A DNA stretch of 64,000 nt from an uncultured Mycoplasmatota bacterium (lineage in GTDB: Bacteria; Bacillota_I; Bacilli_A; RF39; UBA660), in the NCBI GenBank assembly GCA_946402735.1, contig CAMIXH010000001.1:378908-442907 (forward strand), written 5' to 3'. Of the stretch, positions 8,518 to 18,032 are shown in pieces. How positions within the stretch are numbered: the first letter of the stretch is position 1; every line of letters begins with the position of its first letter. The notes under the pieces were generated by a model. That model did no database searches. It saw only the letters and a program-made list of their open reading frames with translations, and had not been told where the DNA came from. Both the position numbers and the translations under genes were made by a program.

Positions 8518-9312
8518 TTAACAAGCACTACCCCATATTTCATATGTCATACCACTAGATATTTCATCACTTGGAAAAACATAACCATTTACATTCCTAT
8601 TATAAAGTAATTCATATGATGTTAAATAATGATTAGGTCCACATGCATATCTTATTGTTTCTGTAGATATACCATATACTCCATCATCAAGAAGATAATC
8701 ATGTACATTGCCATTATATTCTGAAGTTTGAGATTTATTTTCTACTTTAAATCCATATGTATTATAGCTACTATCTATCCATTCTCTCCAAGTCATACCT
8801 GGTTCATAAGTAATTGAATAAGATTTAATCATAAATGTATTTGCATCAACTTGAGCAGTATTTCCTATATATGGTTTATTATTCTCTATTTTAACTTTAC
8901 TATCATCAGCAAGTTCTACAACAGCAGAAGCAGTTTTAATGTTTTCAACATTTAAATCTCCTTCATCATAAATATATTGATAAGTTCCATCTGTTGCATA
9001 AAATTTAGTTACTTTACCAGCTTTATTAAATGTAATTAAATAATCAATTTCTTGTCTTCCACTTAGTTTTAATGATTTACCAGTACAAGTACTACATCTT
9101 TTATATGTTTGTGCTTCTGTTACTACCATAGAATCCATCATCCATTGATTTTGTCCCGTTTTATATATTTCTTTACATTCAGTTAAGAATGAATTCATTT
9201 TAGCATCATTAAACATTGATACTATATTTGGTAAAGCAATAATAACAAGTAATGATAAAATAGCTACTACTGCTAATAACTCAACTAAAGTAAATCCTTT
9301 ATTATTTTTCAT
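8518..9312 (-). CDS. Type IV pilin-like protein (264 aa)
   Basis: Starts MKNNKG-FTLVELLAVVAILSLL. Shares the core FLTECKEIYKT..WMMDSM..FYATDGTYQY with 7429..8508. Has its own promoter. Confidence 0.75.
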   Translation of the reverse strand: MKNNKGFTLVELLAVVAILSLLVIIALPNIVSMFNDAKMNSFLTECKEIYKTGQNQWMMDSMVVTEAQTYKRCSTCTGKSLKLSGRQEIDYLITFNKAGKVTKFYATDGTYQYIYDEGDLNVENIKTASAVVELADDSKVKIENNKPYIGNTAQVDANTFMIKSYSITYEPGMTWREWIDSSYNTYGFKVENKSQTSEYNGNVHDYLLDDGVYGISTETIRYACGPNHYLTSYELLYNRNVNGYVFPSDEISSGMTYEIWGSAC

Positions 9313-9329
9313 ATCATCACCTATTATAA

Positions 9330-9358
9330 ATTATAATAAATAATACTATATATTACAA
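9330..9358 (-). promoter_or_regulatory. Promoter of the tandem pilin-like pair
   Basis: Minus strand: TTGTAA, 17 nt spacer, TATAAT. It lies between the polA terminator and the 264-aa gene. Confidence 0.55.
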
Positions 9359-9362
9359 GATT

Positions 9363-9392
9363 TAATTATAAAAGAACACATAAGTGTTCTTA
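9363..9392 (-). terminator. Rho-independent terminator of polA
   Basis: AAGAACAC / GTGTTCTT stem with a 4-nt loop and TTTTAT tail. Confidence 0.7.
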
Positions 9393-11957
9393 TTTTGCTT
9401 CATACCAATCTTTTCCATATGACATACCCACTTTTAATGGAACAGATAGTTTATATATATTTTCCATTGTATCTTTAACAAGTTCTAAAATTTCCTCTAA
9501 TTCATTATTAGGTACATCAAATATTAATTCATCATGTACTTGAAGTATCATCTTAGTTTTAAGATTCTTTTCTTTTAATAAATCATAAATCTTTATCATA
9601 GCAAGTTTTAATATATCAGCAGCACTACCTTGAATTGGAGTATTTAAAGCCATTCTGTCTCCCATTGATCTTATTAAATAATTAGTATTTTTAATTTCAT
9701 CAATTTCTCTTTTTCTATTAAATAGTGTTCTAACATATCCAAGCTCTCTTGTTTTTTCTACAATACTCTTCATATATTCATTTACTTCAGGATATAAACT
9801 TAAATATTTATCAATATATTGTTTTCCTTCATAAGCACTAATATCTAAGTTTTCAGATAGTCCATATCCGCTAATACCATAAACAATACCAAATATTACA
9901 GCTTTAGCGGTTCTTCTTTGATTAGGTGTTACAGCATCAATATTTACTCCAAATATATCTGAAGCTACTCTTGAGTGAATATCTTCCCCATTAATAAATG
10001 CATTTTGTAATGATTTAGCATTACTAATATGAGCAAGTATTCTAAGTTCTATTTGTGAGTAATCGCTTGATAATAGTACGCTATCTTCACTTGCTACAAA
10101 GGCTTTTCTTATTTTCTTCCCTTCTTCACTTCTAACAGGTATATTTTGAAGATTTGGTTCAATTGATGATAATCTTCCAGTTCTAGTACCAGTTTGTAAA
10201 TATATAGTATGTATTTTTCCATCTTCAAATATATAATCATTAAAAGTATTTAAATATGTAGTATAAAGTTTACTTAAATTTCTATATTCAAGTATTTCAT
10301 TTACTATTGGATACTTTTCAGCATATTTAATTAATACATCATGAGCAGTACTAGTAGCATTTTTACCTCTTCCTTTTGGAAGACCAATCTTACCATATAA
10401 AATATCACTCAATTGTTTAGGAGAAGCTATATTAAATGTTTCTCCTGCTAAGTTATATATAGTAGTTTCTTTTAATTCTAATTTTACTTTAATGTCTTCT
10501 TTTAAATCATCTATTATTTCACTTTTAACATTTACTCCTTCTATCTCCATAGAAGCAAGTACGCTAATTAATGGATGTTCCATTTCATAATATAATTTAT
10601 CTACTTCATCATTTTTTAACTTATCATTAAATTCTTGATAAGTATCATATAAGAATTTGGCTTTAGATACTATTTCACTTATAATATCTTCCTCAGTTAA
10701 TGTACTTTTCTTATTAATAATATTTGTATAATATGGTAGATTTATTCCAAATGTACTAGTTAAATAAGCAAGATCATCTTTAACATTATAATTTAGTAAA
10801 TATGCTGCGATTAATGTATCAAACTTACTATTTGTTTCAATTCCTAGTTTATTTAAATTAACAATATTCTTTTTTAAATCATAAGTTACTAAAGTATTCT
10901 TAAGTAAATCTCTATTTAACATTAATGAAGCTTTATCAAAATAATATGATTTTACCCCATCATATATAGAAGCACCAATAATATCAGCAGTATGATAATT
11001 GGTACCATTTATTTCTAAATAGAAACTATAATCTCCTTTAAGATCTACTTTTCCTTTTACTATTTCATATTCACTATTCTTACTAATTTGTCTTTCTGGA
11101 ATAGATTTTAAAAATGAATTAAATTCTAATTCTTTATATTTCTTAGTTAATTCTTCTACATTAGGTCCACTATATTTAATAGAATCAAATGTATAATCAA
11201 AATCTATTGTTTTATATATAGTAGCTATCTTATATGAAAAATATGCATTCTCTTTATCATTAATTAGTTTTTCTTTTGTTTTACCACTAATTTCATCAAT
11301 ATGTTCATATACTCCATCTAGTGAACCATATTTTTGTAAAAGAGATAAAGCAGTTTTCTCACCTATTCCTTTTACTCCAGGAATATTATCAGATGGATCT
11401 CCCATCAAACTTTTAATATCAATCATTTTAATTGGATCTAGTCCATATGTTTCCCTAAAAGTTTGTGGATTCATCATTACATAGTCTTTTTGTTTTAATA
11501 ATTTAACATCTACTTCATCACTTATTAATTGAAGTAAATCTTTATCACTACTAATAATTGTTGCATTATATTCAGGATCTTCATCTACCATTCTAGCAAA
11601 TGTACCAATAATATCATCTGCTTCATAATTAACCATTTCAATATATTTGCAACCTAGTAAATCACATAATTCTTTAGCAATAGGAAATTGTTTTTTTAAA
11701 TCATCTGGTGTCTCAATTCTTCCATCTTTATAATCTTTATATAAATCTTTTCTAAAGTTATGTCCTTTATCAAAAGCAACCATTACATATTCTGGTTTTT
11801 CTTCATTTAATATTTTATTTAACATATTAATAAATCCAAATAATGCATTAGTTGGAAAACCTTTAGAGTTTTTCATTAAATTACCAGTATATGCAGTTGC
11901 ATAATAACTTCTAAATAATAAATTATTTCCATCTATTAAAATAACTCTTTTCTTCAT
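9390..11957 (-). CDS. polA: DNA polymerase I
   Basis: 855 aa. Has an N-terminal 5' nuclease and pol motifs A SSDYSQIELRILAH, B RRTAKAVIFGIVYG and C QVHDELIFDV. Confidence 0.95.
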   Translation of the reverse strand: MKKRVILIDGNNLLFRSYYATAYTGNLMKNSKGFPTNALFGFINMLNKILNEEKPEYVMVAFDKGHNFRKDLYKDYKDGRIETPDDLKKQFPIAKELCDLLGCKYIEMVNYEADDIIGTFARMVDEDPEYNATIISSDKDLLQLISDEVDVKLLKQKDYVMMNPQTFRETYGLDPIKMIDIKSLMGDPSDNIPGVKGIGEKTALSLLQKYGSLDGVYEHIDEISGKTKEKLINDKENAYFSYKIATIYKTIDFDYTFDSIKYSGPNVEELTKKYKELEFNSFLKSIPERQISKNSEYEIVKGKVDLKGDYSFYLEINGTNYHTADIIGASIYDGVKSYYFDKASLMLNRDLLKNTLVTYDLKKNIVNLNKLGIETNSKFDTLIAAYLLNYNVKDDLAYLTSTFGINLPYYTNIINKKSTLTEEDIISEIVSKAKFLYDTYQEFNDKLKNDEVDKLYYEMEHPLISVLASMEIEGVNVKSEIIDDLKEDIKVKLELKETTIYNLAGETFNIASPKQLSDILYGKIGLPKGRGKNATSTAHDVLIKYAEKYPIVNEILEYRNLSKLYTTYLNTFNDYIFEDGKIHTIYLQTGTRTGRLSSIEPNLQNIPVRSEEGKKIRKAFVASEDSVLLSSDYSQIELRILAHISNAKSLQNAFINGEDIHSRVASDIFGVNIDAVTPNQRRTAKAVIFGIVYGISGYGLSENLDISAYEGKQYIDKYLSLYPEVNEYMKSIVEKTRELGYVRTLFNRKREIDEIKNTNYLIRSMGDRMALNTPIQGSAADILKLAMIKIYDLLKEKNLKTKMILQVHDELIFDVPNNELEEILELVKDTMENIYKLSVPLKVGMSYGKDWYEAK

Positions 11958-12000
11958 GATTATTCACCTATTAATTATTATATAATATTTTATTTTTTTT

Positions 12001-12035
12001 ATAAAGAAAAAGAAAGTTAATAATAATTAACTTCC
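12001..12035 (-). terminator. Rho-independent terminator after the dnaE-pilin unit
   Basis: GGAAGTTAAT / ATTAACTTTC stem (one mismatch) with a TTTTTCTTT tail. It overlaps the pilin stop codon. Confidence 0.6.
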
Positions 12036-12473
12036 TTGTAATATTTGTCTAATTCTATCAAGTGTTAATCCATTAGTATCAATATTATCTACTAAATCAT
12101 CTACTGATAAATTAGTTATTGATATACCATTAGTATCTCTCTTTTTTAAAGTATTTGTTCCATCCCATACTAACATTTCAATTATTTTTCCACCAGCACT
12201 TACCTTAACATAATAATATAATTGTTTTCCAGTAAGAGGAACTTTATTTTCATCTCCTTCAAGTCTATAAAATACAGTACCATTATCTTCTTTAATAGAT
12301 TGTTTCATAATATTTAAATCAATTGTATTAAATCTTGATTTAATATCAACTATAAATGTTTCTTTCTTACTATTATTAAATAAACTAATTAGATTAGGTA
12401 CTACAAATATAGCAAGAACTGCAAGTATTGCAATTACTGCAAGTAGTTCAATTAAACTAAATCCCTTCTTCAT
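12027..12473 (-). CDS. Type IV pilin-like protein (148 aa, minimal core version of the family)
   Basis: Starts MKKG-FSLIELLAVIAILAVL. It starts 13 nt after the dnaE stop with AAAGGAAAG as Shine-Dalgarno, and is followed by a terminator. Confidence 0.75.
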   Translation of the reverse strand: MKKGFSLIELLAVIAILAVLAIFVVPNLISLFNNSKKETFIVDIKSRFNTIDLNIMKQSIKEDNGTVFYRLEGDENKVPLTGKQLYYYVKVSAGGKIIEMLVWDGTNTLKKRDTNGISITNLSVDDLVDNIDTNGLTLDRIRQILQGS

Positions 12474-12486
12474 ATTACTTTCCTTT

Positions 12487-15363
12487 CTAGATTGGTAATA
12501 ATATCATATTATAAATAATTAATTGATATGTATTATCTCTCTTTTCAACTTTAGCATTAATTTTATAAACACTATTTCTTTCTACTTCACCAATCTTTTT
12601 ATATGCATCACTAAATAATATGCCTTCTACTTTATCATTTTCATCACTAAGTGTTATAAAAGACATCTTCTCATTATTTTTAGTTTTAATAGTTTTAGTG
12701 TTTTCAACAAATAATATTGTTGTTATAGTTTTATCAAAATAATTTTTATAATCCTTTAAAGTTATTGAATTACTCCTATCAAACTTAGTAACTGGATGGA
12801 ATGATAAATAAAATCCATAATTCTTTATTTCATTTTCAATTAATTCTTTAGTATTATAATCATCAATATTATCAAATACAGGAGTTTCTTCTATAACAGT
12901 ATTTAAATTCTTGCATAAACTAACATAATTTAATACTTCATCTATATTTTCTACATATTGCTTTTTATTAATACCAAATTCATCAAACGCACCACATTCA
13001 ATTAAAGCAATAATATTCTTCTTATTAACTGTTCTACCATAACATCTAATTAGAAAATCATATATTGATTTATATGGTCCATTAATTCTTTCAGTTTCTA
13101 TTTCTTCACATACATTTAATGCGATTGATTTAATTATTCTAAATGGTAAAACTAGTTTTTTATTGTGAATATCAAATACATATTTAGATCTATTAATACT
13201 AATACTTTCAAATTCAATACCTAGTATTTTAGATTCATCTATATATTCTTTTACTTTTTCACTAAGAGATGTCATATTAAGTAAGTTTTTCATAAAGAAT
13301 GCTGTGTAATTAACCTTTAAATATGCCATTTGGAAAGCTACTAATGAATAAACAACTGAGTGTGATTTATTAAATCCATAAGATGAGAATTTAATAATTA
13401 AATCAAATAATTCATAAGCAACTTTTTCTTCATATCCTTTTGATATAACACCACTAATAAACTTATCTTTTTCTGAAGCAATTACATCAAATTTCTTTTT
13501 AGACATTGCTCTTCTAATAACATCTGCTTCTGAATAAGTAAATCCACCTATACTTCTTAATATTTCTAGTACTTGTTCTTGATAGATAATAATTCCATAT
13601 GTACTTTTTAGAATTGGTTCTAATTCTTTAACAAGATATGTTATTTTCTTTTTCCCTTTTTTACGAGCAATATATTCAGGTATCATTTCTCTAGGGCCTG
13701 GTCTATATAAAGCAATTGCATCAACTAGTGTATTAAAACTATCTACTTCAAGTGTCTTTAAAAATGATCTCATTCCACTACTTTCAAATTGAAATACACC
13801 AGTAGTATAAGCATTCTTAAATAAATCTAATGTCTTTTTATCATTTAAATCTATATTATTAATATCTAATTTAATTCCATTATTATTTAAATCATCTAAT
13901 ATATTTGAAATAGTATTTAAATTTTTAATAGATAAGAAATCCATTTTTAATAAGCCTAAACTTTCAATATAATTCATACTATAACCAGTAAGTATTACAC
14001 CATTACTTTTATATAGTGGCATAATAGTATCTAGTTCAATATCACTAATTACAACACCAGCTGCATGAACAGATGTATTCTTTTTTAAACCACATAAATG
14101 GTTACATACATTAACCATTTTTTTAGCATCACTATTTCTTGATATTATTAAAGTAAACTCTTTGTTACTTGATAATTCATCAAAATTCTTTTCATCTTTA
14201 ATAGTTTTAATAATTCTATCTACTAAATTACCATCAAGCTCTAATACTTTAGATATATCTCTTATTATTTGTTTAGGAGCCATTGTATTAAATGAAATAA
14301 TTCTAGCAGTATTCTTTTCTCCATATTTATGAGTAACATAATCTATTACTTCTTCTCTTTTCATATTATCAAAGTCAATATCTATATCAGGCATAGTAAT
14401 TCTATCTGGATTTAAGAATCGCTCAAATATTAAATTATATTTTAGCGGATCTACATTTATTATTCCAAGAGCATAGTTAACTAAAGATGCTGCTCCACTT
14501 CCTCTTCCTGGACCAACTAATATATTATGTTTTTTAGCAAATAATACAAAATCATATACAATTAAGAAATAATCTACATAATGCATTTTTTCAATAACAC
14601 TAAGTTCATACATTAGTCTATTTTTATATTCTTCACTAACATTTCCATTTAATCTTTTCTCTAATCCTTTTTTAGCTAGTGCTCTTAAAAAAGATGTAGA
14701 GTTTTCTTTATATACTGGAATATGATAATCACTTTTTGGTAGTTCAATATCAATTAAATTTGCAAATTTAATAGTACTTCCAATATATGTTGAATTATCA
14801 ACTTCTCTAAAATAATACTCATCAGTTTCAATATTTTCTTTTATAGTTTTGTTTTCTTCTATGTATTTTAAATATTTATAATATTCTAAATCTTCCTTAT
14901 TAAAATATCTAATAGTATCAATATAAACAGTATCTTCTGTTAATATAGATGCATTAACTCTTTCTTCTTCATTTTTATAACGTATATATATATAAGTAAA
15001 TTTATCTTTAATACTTTCATATTCTTTATAGTTACATACTACTATGATATTAGAACTAAATTCCGATATAAAATCTATATCTACTTCACTTAAATTCTTT
15101 TTAGAAACAATCTTACATAAAGATACATAACCATCATAGTTTTTAGCATAAATTAATAAATCATTTAGTTCTATTCCTAAAATTGGTTTAATATCATTTT
15201 TCTTACATTCACTTATAAATTCATAAGCTCCAAACATATTAGGATCTGTTATTCCAAGAGTGTTTATTCCATTCTTTTTAGCATATGAAACAACCTCATC
15301 TATTTTAATAAGGCTATTCATTAAATCATATTCTGTTTTTATAGAAAGTGGAATATATTTCAT
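12487..15363 (-). CDS. dnaE: DNA polymerase III alpha subunit (DnaE type)
   Basis: 958 aa. Has an N-terminal PHP domain (LGITDPNMFGAYEF), PDIDIDF, SVHAAGVVIS, an HhH region and a C-terminal OB fold. Confidence 0.9.
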   Translation of the reverse strand: MKYIPLSIKTEYDLMNSLIKIDEVVSYAKKNGINTLGITDPNMFGAYEFISECKKNDIKPILGIELNDLLIYAKNYDGYVSLCKIVSKKNLSEVDIDFISEFSSNIIVVCNYKEYESIKDKFTYIYIRYKNEEERVNASILTEDTVYIDTIRYFNKEDLEYYKYLKYIEENKTIKENIETDEYYFREVDNSTYIGSTIKFANLIDIELPKSDYHIPVYKENSTSFLRALAKKGLEKRLNGNVSEEYKNRLMYELSVIEKMHYVDYFLIVYDFVLFAKKHNILVGPGRGSGAASLVNYALGIINVDPLKYNLIFERFLNPDRITMPDIDIDFDNMKREEVIDYVTHKYGEKNTARIISFNTMAPKQIIRDISKVLELDGNLVDRIIKTIKDEKNFDELSSNKEFTLIISRNSDAKKMVNVCNHLCGLKKNTSVHAAGVVISDIELDTIMPLYKSNGVILTGYSMNYIESLGLLKMDFLSIKNLNTISNILDDLNNNGIKLDINNIDLNDKKTLDLFKNAYTTGVFQFESSGMRSFLKTLEVDSFNTLVDAIALYRPGPREMIPEYIARKKGKKKITYLVKELEPILKSTYGIIIYQEQVLEILRSIGGFTYSEADVIRRAMSKKKFDVIASEKDKFISGVISKGYEEKVAYELFDLIIKFSSYGFNKSHSVVYSLVAFQMAYLKVNYTAFFMKNLLNMTSLSEKVKEYIDESKILGIEFESISINRSKYVFDIHNKKLVLPFRIIKSIALNVCEEIETERINGPYKSIYDFLIRCYGRTVNKKNIIALIECGAFDEFGINKKQYVENIDEVLNYVSLCKNLNTVIEETPVFDNIDDYNTKELIENEIKNYGFYLSFHPVTKFDRSNSITLKDYKNYFDKTITTILFVENTKTIKTKNNEKMSFITLSDENDKVEGILFSDAYKKIGEVERNSVYKINAKVEKRDNTYQLIIYNMILLPI

Positions 15364-15415
15364 AGTCTACCTCTTAAGAACATTTTATCAAAAAAAAATC
15401 AAAATAAAAAGTAGA

Positions 15416-15865
15416 TTAATATTTATTATCTACTTCTCCAAAATCTACATTATCGATTTCATTTATTACTTCTAATTGATTTTCAATTATTTGTCTTAAT
15501 CTTCTCTTTAATACTTCAGTGTTTCTTCTTAATTGGTCAGCATGATTTTGAGCACGTTCTGCTTTTAATAATGCATCATTTATAATTCTACTAGCATTAT
15601 GTCTAGCTTCTGTTATTAATGCTTCTGCTTCATGTCTAGCTGTTGATTTAATTTGATCTCCAGCTTGTTCAGCAGTATAAATTGCTCTATTCATAGTATC
15701 TTCTATTCTTTGATAATAAGCAATTTGTTCAACTAATTTTTTATTCTCCTCTTCAGTTTTCTTGCTCTTGGTTAATAACAGTTCATAATTCTTAATAACA
15801 TTATCTAAGAAATCTTGAACCTGTTTTTTATCATAGCCACGAAAAACTGTATCAAACTTTTTCAT
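15416..15865 (-). CDS. divIVA: DivIVA-domain cell division protein
   Basis: Starts MKKFDTVFRGYDKKQVQDFLDNV followed by a coiled coil. I trimmed the start to ATG 15865, because the track start at 15877 is TTG inside the Shine-Dalgarno GAGGTGGAG. Confidence 0.8.
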   Translation of the reverse strand: MKKFDTVFRGYDKKQVQDFLDNVIKNYELLLTKSKKTEEENKKLVEQIAYYQRIEDTMNRAIYTAEQAGDQIKSTARHEAEALITEARHNASRIINDALLKAERAQNHADQLRRNTEVLKRRLRQIIENQLEVINEIDNVDFGEVDNKY

Positions 15866-15901
15866 GCTCCACCTCAATATTATTATTTAAGATTAATTAT
15901 T

Positions 15902-16300
15902 CTACCATTCACTCATATCATCTTTCTTAGATGATTTCTTTCCTTCCTCGTCTGAAATATTTCCTTCAATTTCAAATCCCTTTGGTGCACATAGCACAAT
16001 ACCAGGACCTAATTTTTCCATTTTTCCATCAATAGCATAAACAATACCATTTAAGAAATCTAGAATTCTTTTTGATACATCAGAAGTTACTCTCTTAAAG
16101 TTAACTACTACTTGGTTTTTAGCTTTTAAATAATCTGCTATTTGTTGTGCTTCTGAGAATGCTCTTGGCTCAACTAAAATAGTTTTATTTTTATAAGTTT
16201 CTTTATTATTACCAACTTTAATAGTCTCTCTTACTTCTTCATATTCTTCTTCGTCTTCTTCTCCTGGACCTAATATCTTTTTTAATGCGTCAAATGCCAT
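15902..16300 (-). CDS. sepF: Cell division protein SepF
   Basis: Acidic N-terminus, then the SepF core ILVEPRAFSEAQQIADYLKAKNQVVVNF..LDFLNGIVYAIDG. Confidence 0.8.
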   Translation of the reverse strand: MAFDALKKILGPGEEDEEEYEEVRETIKVGNNKETYKNKTILVEPRAFSEAQQIADYLKAKNQVVVNFKRVTSDVSKRILDFLNGIVYAIDGKMEKLGPGIVLCAPKGFEIEGNISDEEGKKSSKKDDMSEW

Positions 16301-16414
16301 AATCTTCCTCCTTTAGTGTACTACAATATAATTTTAGCACATATTCTTTTTTCTATCAATAAAAATTAAATCTAATTTTTATACTTTTCTATCAATATAT
16401 ATAATAATATATTT

Positions 16415-16456
16415 AGCTTTTTTTGTAAATAAAAAAAGCTAATAAATAGCTTTTTT
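16415..16456. terminator. Terminator region after glyQS (alternative AGCT-T-run / A-run-AGCT hairpins)
   Basis: AGCTTTTTTT..AAAAAAAGCT..AGCTTTTTT can form two overlapping hairpins. Confidence 0.6.
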
Positions 16457-17828
16457 AAAATTGAATTTTATCTTCAATATAAGATACTAATTCATCAACA
16501 CTTATAGTTACTTGTTCCATAGTATCTCTATCTCTAATAGTAACTGTATTATTATTGATAGTTTCATCATCTATTGTTACACAGAATGGTGTACCAACAG
16601 CATCTGCTCTTCTATATCTTTTACCAATTGAACCAGATTCATCATATGAAGTATTAAAGTGTTTAACTAATGATTTATATATTTCCATAGCTTTTTCATT
16701 ATGATATTTCTTAACAAGTGGTAATACTGTTACTTTAATAGGAGCTAGGAATGGATGAAAATGTAATACTTCTCTTTCATCATTCTCTAACTTTTCTTTA
16801 TCATATGCATTACACATAAGAGTTAAGAATAATCTTTCTACACCTAAAGATGGTTCTACTACATAAGGAATGTATCTTTCATTAGTATCTGGATCTAAAT
16901 ATTCAAGTGATTCCTTTGAATATTCCATATGTTGAGTTAAATCATAATTAGTACGAGAAGCTATTCCCCATAATTCTCCCCATCCAAATGGGAATTTATA
17001 TTCTATATCAGTAGTAGCATTACTATAAAATGATAATTCTTCTTTTTCATGATCTCTTAATCTTAGATTTTCTTCTTTGATACCTAAATCAAGCAAGAAT
17101 TGCTTACAATACTCTTTATAATGTTTAAACCAATCTAATTCAGTACCTGGTTTGCAGAAGAATTCAAGTTCCATTTGATCAAATTCTCTTACTCTAAATA
17201 TAAAGTTACCTGGAGTAATTTCATTTCTAAAACTCTTACCTATTTGACCAATACCAAATGGTAACTTAAGTCTCATACTTCTTTGTACATTCATAAAGTT
17301 AACAAATATACCTTGAGCTGTTTCTGGTCTTAAGTATACTGTACTTTTAGAGTCTTCAGTAACTCCTTGGAATGTTTTAAACATTAAGTTAAAGTTTCTA
17401 ATATCAGTAAAATCAGTAGCACCACAATTAGGACATTTAACTTTATTTTCTTTTATATAGTTAACTAGTTCATCATTACTAAATTTACCAGCATCTTCTA
17501 CTCCTAAATCTTCAAGAAGTTTATCTGCTCTATGTCTAGTCTTACATTTCTTACAATCTATAAGTGGATCACTAAATGTCTTTAAATGACCAGATGCTTC
17601 CCATACTCTAGGATTCATAAGTATTGCACTATCTAGTCCTACATTATTAATATCTTCTTGAACAAATTTCTTCATCCATGCTTTTTTAATATTATTCTTT
17701 AGTTCTACTCCTAAAGGACCAAAATCCCAAGTATTAGCAAGTCCTCCATATATTTCACTTCCTTGGAATATAAAACCATAAGTTTTACAATAATTAGTTA
17801 ATTCTTCCATAGTTATTTTATTTTCCAT
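16455..17828 (-). CDS. glyQS: Glycine--tRNA ligase (alpha2 GlyQS type)
   Basis: 457 aa with [37 protein letters not shown] and EPSLGVERL. It is preceded by a T-box leader. Confidence 0.95.
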   Translation of the reverse strand: MENKITMEELTNYCKTYGFIFQGSEIYGGLANTWDFGPLGVELKNNIKKAWMKKFVQEDINNVGLDSAILMNPRVWEASGHLKTFSDPLIDCKKCKTRHRADKLLEDLGVEDAGKFSNDELVNYIKENKVKCPNCGATDFTDIRNFNLMFKTFQGVTEDSKSTVYLRPETAQGIFVNFMNVQRSMRLKLPFGIGQIGKSFRNEITPGNFIFRVREFDQMELEFFCKPGTELDWFKHYKEYCKQFLLDLGIKEENLRLRDHEKEELSFYSNATTDIEYKFPFGWGELWGIASRTNYDLTQHMEYSKESLEYLDPDTNERYIPYVVEPSLGVERLFLTLMCNAYDKEKLENDEREVLHFHPFLAPIKVTVLPLVKKYHNEKAMEIYKSLVKHFNTSYDESGSIGKRYRRADAVGTPFCVTIDDETINNNTVTIRDRDTMEQVTISVDELVSYIEDKIQF

Positions 17829-17965
17829 TTTATCCTCCTTAAAAAATAAAAACTTCTAGATTATTCGTAGGAGTCCCATTAGGACGGTTCCACCCTACTT
17901 ATTCTAGAAGAATCACTCGTTATTCATAGCCTCAGTGCTTTACCATCACACCTTCATCGCTTAAC
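17829..17965 (-). promoter_or_regulatory. T-box riboswitch leader of glyQS (short, glyQS-type)
   Basis: On the minus strand, the conserved T-box AAGTAGGGTGGAACCGTCC is at 17882-17900. Its UGGA can pair with the UCCA end of tRNA-Gly. An extended terminator hairpin (CTTCTAGAAT...ATCTAGAAG plus U-run) spans about 17841-17910. A GGC triplet at 17929-17931 is a candidate specifier. A GCGATGA K-turn-like start is also present. Confidence 0.8.
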
Positions 17966-17971
17966 GAAATA

Positions 17972-18000
17972 ATTTTATCATACTAATTATTATTTTTCAA
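17972..18000 (-). promoter_or_regulatory. Sigma-A-type promoter of the glyQS leader
   Basis: Minus strand: TTGAAA, 17 nt spacer, TAAAAT. Confidence 0.6.
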
Positions 18001-18004
18001 CAAT

Positions 18005-18032
18005 AAAAAAGCCTATTATTGAGGCTTTTTTT
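18005..18032 (-). terminator. Rho-independent terminator after the 572-aa gene
   Basis: AAAAAGCCT / AGGCTTTTT 9-bp stem with a 7-nt loop that contains the stop codon, flanked by a U-run. Confidence 0.65.

Noticed and set aside
15866-15877. N-terminal extensions in the ORF track that begin at TTG, GTG or upstream ATG codons. Examples are 15877, 23799, 32822, 34374, 36576, 49336, 51535, 52720, 53171, 56032, 58503, 5855, 6190, 20961 and 32449.
   Set aside because: In each case a downstream ATG has a properly spaced GGAGG/AGGTG-type Shine-Dalgarno and gives the canonical family N-terminus. The extension often consists of the Shine-Dalgarno itself. I trimmed the coordinates accordingly.
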